From Salpingoeca rosetta (lineage: Eukaryota; Protista; Choanoflagellata), in the NCBI GenBank assembly GCA_033442325.1, contig JAWQFM010000002.1, positions 502,442 to 566,441 on the forward strand: a stretch of DNA of 64,000 nucleotides, given 5' to 3'. The position numbers were made by a program, and so were the translations under genes. Of this stretch, positions 1 to 12,000 are shown in pieces. The notes below the pieces were generated by a model that saw only the letters and a list, made by a program, of their open reading frames with translations, had not been told where the DNA came from and did not search any database. Every line of letters starts with the position of its first letter. Positions within the stretch are counted from its first letter, which is position 1.

Positions 1-3000
1 AGCCGCGTGTACGGGTCCGTGTCGCGCTTGGCGTTCTCCAGGAACAGCTGGCGGAACGGATAACCGGTGGGCTGCGACGTGACATACGCCGTGCCAGATG
101 CGCCGTGTCCGAGGCGCCCGCTGCCACCTCGGGTGAGCAGGCTGCCCTGGAAGTGGTTGGTCTTTGCCACCTCAATCACAATGCGGCCACCGCTGCCCGC
201 GCTGCCACAGGTGGAGCACGTGGCGTCGCCGCCAGCGACGGAGATGGTACCAACACCGTGCATCGTGTCCGACACACGCATGTAGAAGGAGCCGCCACTG
301 CCAGAGCCGCTGCTACCACCAGCATGGGCACCATCGACAGCAACTCTGCCATCAATGCTGGCATCCTGCGTTTCCACGCGGATGAAACCGCCACCGCGGC
401 CGCCGTTGGTGTTGCCGCCGCCAGAGCCGAAGCGGTCCGCCCAGTACACGCAGCCGTGCTCGTTGACATGTGTGCCGGACACGGGCCCAGATGCGCCACC
501 ATAGCTGCCGCCAGTTCCGAGCATGAGCCCACCGCCAAAGCCTTGGCCAAAGGCATGGCCGAGGCCCGTGGCGGAGAGCACAGCGCCGTAGCCAACAGTG
601 AACGTGGTTGACGTGAAGATGACATGGCCCGCATCCATCTGCCCACCTGCAGTGAGCAAAAAGTCAACAGCGGAGAAGTGCATGGCCGTATCAGCCACAC
701 GCGTGTGCCGCTGCGAGGGCACGTCGCTGCCTTGCACGCCGTCGTAGGCGCCGTCCTCGGCATCTCCTTCAATGGTAACCTGGCCATCCTGTGCAACCTC
801 AAAGTACCGGAATGACAGCTGACCCGGGGGATCGATGAACGTGTATGAGCCCGCGCCCTCGCCCGTGGCCGTGTGACTTGTGCGGCGGAAGCGCACTGTG
901 GCACCGTTGCTGACAACCATCTGATTACCGCCTGTGAGCAGACCTTGCAGGTCCAGGGTCGGCGACACGGAGGTGTCCGGAACCGTCACCCGCTGCGGAA
1001 GCACCAGCTCAGCTGAGGGCTCAACGACAAATGCGCTCGGAAGCGAGAGCGGGCGGCTCGATGCGGCGCGCGAAGCAGCCACATACAGAGACACGCCATC
1101 ACGCACATACGCGCGAGCAGTTGCATCACCAGTGACACGACGCAGGATGATCTTGGCAGTGGTGCTGCATTCAAACGAAACTTCTGCGGCTTCGATCAGG
1201 TCAAACACATCCACCGCTGTCGACGCAGTGCTGCCCACGTTGAACGAGGTTGGCAGCTGTGGCCGCACACCACCGTTGCGGAAGACCATGGACGTCGTGG
1301 GAATGCCAAACAGCAGCTGTGCCCTGTAGATCGTGCCTGGCGCACCAGCAGTCGCGGCTGACGTTGAGCCGCCGCCACCGAGAGCACGGAACTCACCCGC
1401 AAACTGGGACTGGTCGGGCGTTTGCACGGAGATGCGCCCACCAGAGCCACCGTAAGCACCAGCGCCCGTTACCCGACCGCCGTTGGCGGTCATGGAGCCG
1501 TGGCCCTTGAGCACGTCCGCCTCGATCAGGATGGAACCGCCAGAGCCCGCGCCAGTGCTCGCGGAGTCGCCATTCACCACAAGTTCGCCGTTGAGAAGCA
1601 GCTCGCCTGCAACGTGGAAGCTGATGACGCCGCCGCCGCGTGCAACGCCGTTGGCGCCGCTGCCATACGACCTTGGCCACATTGTGGAGCCGTACGTCAC
1701 CTCGCTGCGCTGTGGGCCTGAGCCGGGACCGCCGTAGGAGGCGCCGCTGTTGGCGCCAGCGGCACCGGGGCCTGCAAGCTCGCCAAAGCCAGACAGGCCG
1801 ATGTTGGCGCCGTTGCCGAGGAAAGCGTTGTCGCAGATGAACGTGAAGTTGCGTGTGCCTGAGTCGGGCGTGTCCAGCAGCGCGTTGTAGCCCATTTGGA
1901 AGTAGCCGATGCGCAGAATGGGGTGGGCCGTGCCCAGTCGCATGACGGAGTCATCCTGAAGCACCAGAGAGTCCAACACGTAAGTGGTGGCATCACCGTC
2001 AGTACCGACGACCGCGCCTTCATCAAGCTGAAGCCGTGCCGACTTGCCAACCACAACAGCAAGCGTATCCAACTGGGCGCCGTCGTGCACAACTGCGCGT
2101 GTGTTTGGACCAAGACTGAGGTACGGGCCAAGAACCTGGCCATACACCTCCAAAGCGGGGTTGCGCGTGCCCAGCAACAGCGTCGTGTTGACCAGGTCAA
2201 GCACAGCCGTCAGCCCTGGGGTAATAGGTTCCTCCGTATGTCGCCGATGTTGGCGCCGTTGCCGAGGAAAGCGTTGTCGCAGATGAACGTGAAGTTGCGT
2301 GTGCCTGAGTCGGGCGTGTCCAGCAGCGCGTTGTAGCCCATTTGGAAGTAGCCGATGCGCAGAATGGGGTGGGCCGTGCCCAGTCGCATGACGGAGTCAT
2401 CCTGAAGCACCAGAGAGTCCAACACGTAAGTGGTGGCATCACCGTCAGTACCGACGACCGCGCCTTCATCAAGCTGAAGCCGTGCCGACTTGCCAACCAC
2501 AACAGCAAGCGTATCCAACTGGGCGCCGTCGTGCACAACTGCGCGTGTGTTTGGACCAAGACTGAGGTACGGGCCAAGAACCTGGCCATACACCTCCAAA
2601 GCGGGGTTGCGCGTGCCCAGCAACAGCGTCGTGTTGACCAGGTCAAGCACAGCACCCGTGCCCACCTTGAAGTTGGTGTTGCAGAGCGCGTCCTCAAAGT
2701 AGTCCACTGTGAAGCGACTGTTGTCCCTCAAGTCAACGGAACCGGCGCGGTCGCCCTTCAGAGTCGCCGCCGTGATGACTGCGTTTGGCTGCACAATGAA
2801 GGTGGCGCCGCCACTCACGACAAGCTCCTCCACAGCGACATCACGGCTGTAATCGGGATCACGCAGCGTTGTTGAGCCTTCACCAGCAATGGTCACGCGC
2901 TCGCGCCACATGCCGTCAACTTGATCACGCAGGAACACCGTACCAGGCCCAGCACCGTTGCCACCACCATATGCAGTCAGGGTGCCCTCAAAGCGGTACT

Positions 3001-6000
3001 CGTTGTTGGTGGTGACTTCAACGGCAATGCGGCCGCCAGAGCCGCCATAACCGCCGTTCCGGCCTTTGCCGCCATTGGCCTCTATGACACCTGTAATGCC
3101 GTGGAACTTTGGTGTGGTGATCCAAACCGAACCACCCGCACCACCGCCAGCTGCCAGCGGATATCCCGTGCCCGAGGCGCCGTTTGCCTGGATGGTCCCG
3201 TCGTGCGTCATTTTTTCGCCCACAATCAGACGGACCACACCGCCACCAAGGCCGCCGTCGCCGGCGCCAGCACCGCCAGCCTCAGAGGGCGCGGTCACAG
3301 CACCGTACACGTCATCGTCGTGTTGGGTAAAGCCGCCATGGAAGCCACCACGGCCAGCTGTGGTCGGCGTGCCCTTGGGGTTGGACGCAACGCCGTTGGT
3401 GAGGATACGTGAGCCGCCGCGGGTGATCAGGTCCCTGACGCGAACCACCGTGGGCGTGGTTGCGTCGTGCTGCACGGTGATGTACGAGTTGCCCTGCAGC
3501 TCAAGGCGGTCGTACTCGTGTTCGCCCGGCTCCAGGAAGCAGTTTTCGCCTGGTGAGAGGGTGAAGCCTGTGCGGTAGTCGCATGAGATGGCATAGGTGA
3601 TGTTCCAGTACGTGTAGTACACGCGCTCGACTGTCGTTTCGTTCCAAAAGTACGTCTGGTTGTGGATGCGCGTCTCTGTGTACGTGTACCACGACTCGAG
3701 ATCATCAACACACGTTGCCTCGCTGCTGTGGTTGAGATACTGGGCCCGAGGCCCAAGCACCATCGGCCACGGATAGCCTGTTGTCAAGTCAATGCCGGCC
3801 GTACTGTTGCCTGCCGTGCTGTTGTTGCCTGTCGTGCTGTTGCCAAGCATGGAGTCGGTCATGTTGCTCATGGTCAAGTTGAACAGCAGTCCAGCGTAAG
3901 GCGAGCTGGAGTTGGCTGACAGTTCTCCTGCCAGGTACAGCTCGAGATCCTGTGCAAACCGACACCCGCCCAGCACAAGCGCGTACGCAGTGTTGTTGAC
4001 AACCGTCACGTTGTACGGCAGAGAGCGAATATCATGCTTCTCCTCCGTAATCAGCTTGTTGTAGTATGTCGTGTGCGACACATTGCGCTCGTCCACAATG
4101 AGCTCGCCCTCGCGGCACGGGTTGTAGACCACATACGACTCGTTGTGGTGTAACTTGACGCCCGTTGGGCACGGCTGGTTGTTGAAGTACTGGTAGCATT
4201 TCGACGACACGCAGTCGTCACGGTTGGTTTGCTGGTCGCACGTGCGAGGCTGCCAGTCATACGAGAACACGGGGTCGTACACGGGATCCTCCTTGCAAGT
4301 ATGCTGGAATCGCTCTGCGGCTGTGCAGTTGGACTCGCGGCACACGTCCGCAAAGAAGTCGTCACAGTCTGGGCCCTTCTCGCAGTAGCGCTCGGGCCGT
4401 TCGGGGCACTCCGTCTCCGAGTTGAAGTCGTCGATGGGCTGGTCCTGGCAGCCGCAGGTCTGAGTGACGGGGTGCCAGAAGCACGTGCTGCCCTCAACAC
4501 GCCCGGCTTTCTCCACATTGACGTTTGGAGCGTCGCGTGCAGGCTCAGGGATGCCGGCAAAGTCGTATGACGCGTTGTAGTGCACGTTCAAGGAATCGAC
4601 GACGAGACGTGTGCTTAAAGGCGAGAGTGACTTCACCACACCCGTGTACAGCACCGTCACGTTCCGCATGGCGTAGGTGCCAGGCACTGTCTGACCTGAT
4701 GTGTACCCGGAGGATGTGATGTTCCACTTGCCGTCCTTGCCCACGAGCAGGTGCTCGAGCCCGTTGAGCTGGCCCTGCGAGACCATGGTTGCGCGCAGCT
4801 CCACGGTTGCGGGCAGGTCGGCAATGCTGCCCTCCTGCAGGAAGAGGTCAAGGCGGATGTCTCGCTCCTCGTCCTCGCTCGTGGCCGGCGGCAGCGTCAC
4901 GCGCTGGTCGCGGCCAATCACAAGGCGTGCTGTTCCGCCCGTGCCCAGCAGGTGCGTTGCCGTGAGGGCAGAGGGCTCCCCTGGTGCGGGGTACATGGCC
5001 AGCTGCGCGCCATCGCCAACACGCACCTCGTCAAACGAGTACACAAAGGCACCCGTGCCAGGCAGGTTAAGCGTGTCGTCGCCAAAGGAGAGGTAGCTGA
5101 ACGCTGGGTTGTGTGACACGTCGTCAAAGTCAAATGCTGCCTGTGCGGGGAAGGATGACGGCGTGCGCCCGCCATTGTTCAGCTCAAGAACGGTGTACGT
5201 GTTGCCATCCGCCTGGGTGCGTTCCGTGTACAGGATACCTGCAGCGCCCACCTCAAAGCCGTCGCCACCAACAGCGCTGATGGTGCCGAAGAAGCGGGAC
5301 TGTGTCTCGTCGTAGCTGAGTGAGATGATGCCACCAGAACCACCGCCACCGCGGAGGTTGTTGTACACGCCGCCGTCACCGCCGTCAGCTGCGAGGGACC
5401 CAAAGCCGTGCAGCGTCGTGGCGGTAATCCACAGGCTGCCGCCAGCACCGCCACCGCCGTCAACAGACACGCTCTCGCCAGAAACGTCGATGCGGCCCTC
5501 CAGCAGAACGGTGTCCGCGGAGATGCGAACGGCGCCACCACCGCGGCCGGCCTGGCCTTGCGACCCAGTGGATCCACCAGGCCCCATCGTCACGGGCGCG
5601 AAGATGGAGCCAAACGGTTGCGAGCGTGTCACAGACGTGGAGCCGCGGCCGCCGCAGCCGGCATGCGAGGCGCCGTAGCGGTTGCCCTGCACAGTACCCG
5701 GACCCGTGTTTGGCGCATAGCCGAGCGACGCCGCCGTGATGATGCTGTCGACATGCATGTTGACCTTTGTCGACGCAATCGTTGCGTTGCGCACGCGAAT
5801 CTCGGAGTATCCCTGCAGCTCCAGGTCATCCACCTTGAACGTGGTGGTGTTCATCGTATCCGTGGCCAGCCATGTGGCACCGGCTGACAGCACCAGTCGT
5901 GACAGCTCGACCAGGTTCTGCGCACCGCCCTGAGACGGTGACGGAACAATGGCCGCGTCCTCGTACATGGTGACTGTGCAGTCTGAGACCGTGAGCTCGC

Positions 6001-9000
6001 TCAGGCTGGTGACGCGGCCGCGGTTGTACAAGCTGTTCTTGTGCAGCGTGACGCGCGTGGGCAGACGAAGCTCGCCATCGCGGTACACGCGCAGGTGCAG
6101 CGGCAGGTACTCGTTGGACTTTTGAATCTCAAACACCTGGTTGTGGGCGACATGCAGGTGGCCGTAGTTTGTTGGCTCAGCGTCACCAACCATCTCCACA
6201 ACGCGCACAAACAGCGTGTCCGTGCCGGACGGCAGCTGCATGGCAAGGTGGGCAGACCCATGAATGGTCAGCGTGTCAAACGTGTAATCGACAACCTCAC
6301 CCAGCGGCGTCACCGCAGCGACGTTGGGCTGTTCCGGGATGGTGATCCACGTGCGGCCCTTGTCATGCTCGATGTCAGAATAGTCCACAAACTCAGACAC
6401 GCCGTTGGTACCGTCGGCGTCCTGCCCGCCATTGTTGATGGTGAGTGACGTCTTGGTCGTGTACGCGTCCATGGTGTAGAACGTGCCGGATGGCGCGGGC
6501 TCGTTTGCCCCAGCCCCACCACGAAGGTCAAGGCTGCCAATGAACTGATTGCCAGGGCACTCGTCAAGGCTGGCGCAGGAGCGGCCAACAGACGTGTACA
6601 CCGCAGCGCGCCCGCCAGAACCACCGCCGCTCTGAGAACCGCGACCAACGCCGCCGCGCACGGAGATGAGGCCGCTGCCAACGACCGTCCACGCCTCGAG
6701 AAGCACAGAGCCGCCGCTGCCAGCACCGCCGGAAACGCTGCCGTCAGAGAGGGACACCTGCGGAGAGGCGCCGTTGCACAGGACCTGGCCGTCGATGCGC
6801 AGCTCCCCTGTAGCGCGGATGTGCAGCACACCGCCACCGTAGCCGCCAAAGCTGCCGCCACCGCGGCTGCCGGCCTCCAGCGGGCGCACAACGTCGCCGT
6901 AGAAAGCGCCCGTGTCGACCGTGGCCACGGATCCACCGCGGCCAGCGTGGCCAGCACCCGATCCGCCCTTGCTGAACGCAACACCGTTACCGGGCCCAGA
7001 AGCGGACGCGCCAGAGAGGTCCAGCACAGCACCCTGGGACACGACCATGTCTGTTGTGTAGATGGTGAGCAGGTCCGCCTCGAGGCGCGAGCCGCCGTTC
7101 ATGCGAATTGTCGTGGCATTGAACGTGGCGGCCGAGGATGAGGAGCCCTGGCCACCAGTCTCCACAGAGAGGAGGCTGCCACCGGTCATGTGCAGCTCCC
7201 CGAGGGCAAAGTTGTCCACGGAAGGCCGCAGGCGCAGCACACCTGCGTTGCCGACCGTGGCATTCTCCACGCCGAGCACGGAGCCGGCAATGTCAAGCGC
7301 TACGTCGTTCAGCTGCACATACCCGGGTAGCGACGCTTCGCCGTTCGCGTGCACGACAATGTTGGCGGGCACAAACGCAGAGTCGCCAAGCGCAGCGTCA
7401 AGCCGCTGCTTGGGGGCAACGTGGATCGTGCCCGTGCTGTCGCCTTCGAGGTCATCGACATCCACGGCCACCATCTGGGATGGGTGCTGTGGCGCAAACA
7501 CGACGTGTGCCCCGCCACGTACGTCCAGCTGGTACAGCGACATGGTGACAGAGCCCGCGGTGCTGTCGCTCATGATCACTGCGCGAGCACCGTCGTGCTC
7601 AAGGTCGGGGCCGCCGGCCTCCGTGTTCACGGCCGCCATGTCCACCAGCACGTCCAAATTGCCGTTGTCTACGCGAATGATGTCACGGTTCGTGCCCACG
7701 GAATGGAGCAACAGCGTACCAGAGCCTCCGTTCTCGGCGAGTGCTTGCCCGCCGCGCGTCACCACATCACCGTCGTAGCTGTAGTCCTCATACCACAGGG
7801 CAATGCGGCCACCGCCGCCAGCACCGCCGCCAACGCAGTCGTCGCGCTTGTTGTCGGTGTCGTAGTTGTTCGTGGTCGAGCACCAGCGCCCGTCCGTGTC
7901 CAGGACACACTGCTCATGCACCTCGTTGTCGTAAACAAAGCTGGACGCACAGCGCACGCGCGTGTTTCCGTTGTTGATCAGGTAGTCCACCCCGTCGTTC
8001 ATGCTGGCGTCGCCGCCACGCACGTCCAGTGTGCCCGTGCCGGTCACGACATCCGCCTCAATCAGGATGGAACCACCAGAACCGCCACCAGAGGCGCCGC
8101 TTCCAGCACCGCCAACAGCAGCAATGGTCCCATCAAGCGTGGCGTTAATGGCTTTGATGTACACCAGACCACCGGCAGCGCCAGGCGTGCCTGAGCTGGA
8201 GGTGCCGCCAACGCTGCCAAACTTTGACGGGCGCCATGCTGAACCGTAGGCTGCGGCGACGCGGTCAAAGGCCTGGCTGCGACCAGCAAGGCCGCCGTGG
8301 CTGGCACCGCTCCCACCTTGGTTGGAGTTGTAGCCGTGCCCGTCACCAAACACATTGGTAGCGCGCACGGTGTCTGGCAGGTCGGCCAGCTCAGAGTACG
8401 TGGGGCCGTGTGCCGTGAGCTGCGCGCCCGTGTCCATCATGAAGCGAGACGCGTTGACGCGCAGCCACTTGGACTCCAGCGACCCACCGCTCTGCAGATG
8501 GAGCACGCGAGCGTTGATGTCCAGGTTTGGCTCCGTCGTGATGGCACTCAGTGCCTGCACCTTGCCCAGGTTGCTCACGTAGAGTGCATCGAGCTCAAGC
8601 GTGCGTACATGCTCGTCGATGAAGGCAAGTGTGACGGGTTTGGCTACCTCAAGCTCAGAGACGCCAGAAAGAGAGCCGCCAATGTCAACTGTATTGTACG
8701 ACAGGCCCTCCAGGTGCACATATGACGGCAGGTTCAACACAGATCCTGTACCTGACGCGAGTGAGAATGGGAATGGCACAGGTGTTTCCTTAATCTCGGA
8801 GTGGCTGTTGTCAAACACTTTTAGGCGGCCAGTCAGGTCACCCTGGACCTTACTCACGGCCATGTCAACGCCTGACCCGTCACTTGAGCACACGCCAACA
8901 GCCGCTTGCCCATGAATATCAAGGAGATCAAGCTTCAGCGTCGATGATCCAGTCAGTGGATCGCGATCGAAAATGACCCACGCATGGCCGTAATCACTGC

Positions 9001-12000
9001 TGGTGAATTCCAGACCCGGTACGGCAAGCCCAATGTCGCCATTGCTGACCATCAACTGCCGGAAACGAGACGTTTCATTGCCACTCTGGCGGAAGATCGT
9101 GCCGGCGCCACCGATGCGCAAGCTACCGCCGTGGGCCTCGAAGCTCCCAACAAAAAAATCTTCAGTAGCGTACGTCGCGATGCGGCCACCGCCACCACCA
9201 GAGCCACAAGAGCCGGTCCCGCTCCCACCGTTTGCAGTTAGAGCACCCAGACCTTCGATGATTGGTGTGATGATGTAAACACTGCCGCCAGCGCCACCGC
9301 CAGCATTCGAGCCGCCGTCTGCACCATTGGCCCGTACTTCACCATCAATCTCGACAGTGTTGAGAGCAACGATACGCAGTGCACCGCCACCACTACCGCC
9401 GCGCATTCCTGAAGCAGGGCCGCCGCCACTGCCAACGTCCGCTGGAGCGAGAAAGTTACCGTACCCAGGCACCTTTGAGCGGCCGTTTGAGCATGCATAT
9501 CCGCCTGAACCGCCATGGCTACCACCAGCGGATGACGTGCCGCCGCCGGGGCCGAGGCCAGCCGTCCATCCACCACCAGAGGCATCATAGACGCCGGCAG
9601 CCTCCACGGTGAAGTTGGTGGTGTACAGCGACATCCAGCTCACGCGGGCTGTGCCGCCGCCATGCACGACGAAGCTGCCCTGATAGCTGCGGTTGGTGTT
9701 GCCGTAGAATTCATCCGGGAAGGCCGTGAGGTTGACGCTGAGCGGTTCGTTGTCGGCGGCGTCACCGGCATACACCAACTCGCCGCTCTCCAGCACGCGA
9801 ATGCTTGCCATGTTGACCTGGCGAGGCGTGTGCGAGTTCACGGCCACATCCTTGTGCGCGAGCCAGAACTGGCTGTTGCGTGACACCTCCAAATGGCGCA
9901 GGCCGTGCAGCTCGCCCTTGACCACCACATCATTATCATAGACGATGGTGTGATCGGGAAGATACAGCGTCGAGCTGGTGGAGAAAGTGCGGATACCCAT
10001 GGGCAGGATGTTGTCGTCGCCATTCCGCCTGAGCGCACCAAACGACTGGCCATCAAACAGCGTGACATGCCCACTCCGGTCGCCCACAAATTTGTCTACG
10101 ACAAGAGATTCTTGCGCGATAGGGTACTTGTCAGATTTGCGCAGGGCGATGCTTGCACCACCAAACACGTGCATCTCGTCCAAGTGAATGTTTGTGTCGG
10201 TGATGCCCTCCCAATCAATCCACGTGCGTGCCGCATCCCACGCCGTGTCCGGGTACTCATTGTATGTCTCGTCCTGACCCTTTGTGATTGCTATGTGATC
10301 AAGCGCCACGTATTTCGGGTTGTGCAGGGGCGGAAGCGTCGATTGAACTGAAACAGACACAAGACTCAGGGTGTCGTTCACAAAGATGCGTGTCAGGTGC
10401 GTCCCTGTGCATGCCCCGCCTTGAATGCCATTCTTGGTGATGGAGCCCTTTCGTCCGACAATTGTGACATCCGTGGAAGATGGATAGCGTGAATCGCACC
10501 CAGAGTGCACGTCCAGATAGTACACATACACGGGTGTAGTGAACGTGATCTGGAACGACAAAAAGTCGCGGACAACAACGGCGCCGGGTCGGAAGAGAGC
10601 AGACAGGTCTGGCATGTCCACAGAAGACGTGACCACGAAACCGTTCGCCAGCGTGTACTTGCGCTGCCCAAACTGCTCGCCATACGACAACTTCAGCTCC
10701 TCCAACGCGTTCACATACGGCAGCGCAGGGCGGTTGCCGCGGTTGTTCACGATGAGCGTCTTATGCGCGTCTTGGAGCGGGTCCACGGCGATGGATGTCG
10801 CGTTGACGTCATACAACATCACCGTGCCTGCTGCAGCGTCCTCGTAAGCACCGCTGCCGCCACGGGCGGTCATGGTGCCAAGGAAGTACTTGCGGTTGGC
10901 GACAGAGACGCGAACACGCCCGCCACCGCCAGCGCCGCCAGCGTACTTTGCGCGGTTCGAGAGCACAACGGCGTTGCCACCGTCAGCGGTGATGTCGCCA
11001 GAGCCAATCAGCTCGCCCGCATCAACCTGGATGCTGCCACCAGCACCGGCACCGCACCCGTCAGCAGTGATACTACCGCTGTACCCGTTGGCCTGAATGC
11101 TGCCCTCGAGCGTCAGCAGCTCGGTAGCAATGACGTGCAGGAAGCCGCCACCCTGGCCAGCAGAGCACACAAAGTCTGAGTGCTGCGCCTGGCCGCCACC
11201 GCTACCAAAGTCCTGTGGATCAAGGAAGTTGTCGTGAGTTGGGGAGGTCATCTGGCGGTAGTACGTGCGACCGCCATTGCCGCCGTGACTGCCGCCGGTT
11301 GCGCTGCCTCGGCTGCCACGCACGAAGAGGCCAGCACCCGGGCCCTCGTCGGCGCCGTAGCCGCGGTAGTTGGCGTGGATCGTGCCGTACGCATCGACAG
11401 TCACGTTCTTCGCCTTGATGACTGCGTTGGTGGACCGCACAGCGGCACCACCAGAGACAATCACGACATCGCCAACGAGCGTGCGCCGGTCGCGAGACGC
11501 GCCAATTTCCAGCAGGCCGTAGTTGCGCACCTCGATCGTGCGAAAGGTGAAGCTGGTGGCAGACGAAAAGTCTGGGTAGTACAGCTCAAGCAGGTACAGC
11601 TCAGATCCGTCCGCAATGATGAGGTCGCCAACGTTGTTGAGGACACCCTCCAACCGCACTGTGACACCGGTGAGCTCTGCCTTGCCGCCAAGACTCAGCA
11701 TGCCACCAGCGTACACGCTGAGATGGAAGTTGATAATGGACCTGTTGACACACAGTATATGCTGGTTGTAGCCAATGTGAAGTTGTGCGGTGGCATCGCT
11801 GGTGAGGACGTCTGTGTCCAGAGTGAGGGCGCCATCCAAAGAGGCAGTGGAGAAGGCAAGATCGGCTTCGCCATACATGTGAATTTCCTCCAGCTCATCA
11901 ACCTGATCGCGCTCGAAGAACAGCCACGTGACAGATGGCACGTTGTTTGTGTTGTCAATGTCGGCGCTGGTGTTCCGCACAACGCCCTCTGGACGCAGGC

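Noticed and set aside
1797-2653. LTR pair of a retroelement
   Set aside because: The repeats are host exon sequence, lack TG...CA ends, and enclose only 35 bp with no PBS/PPT or coding capacity
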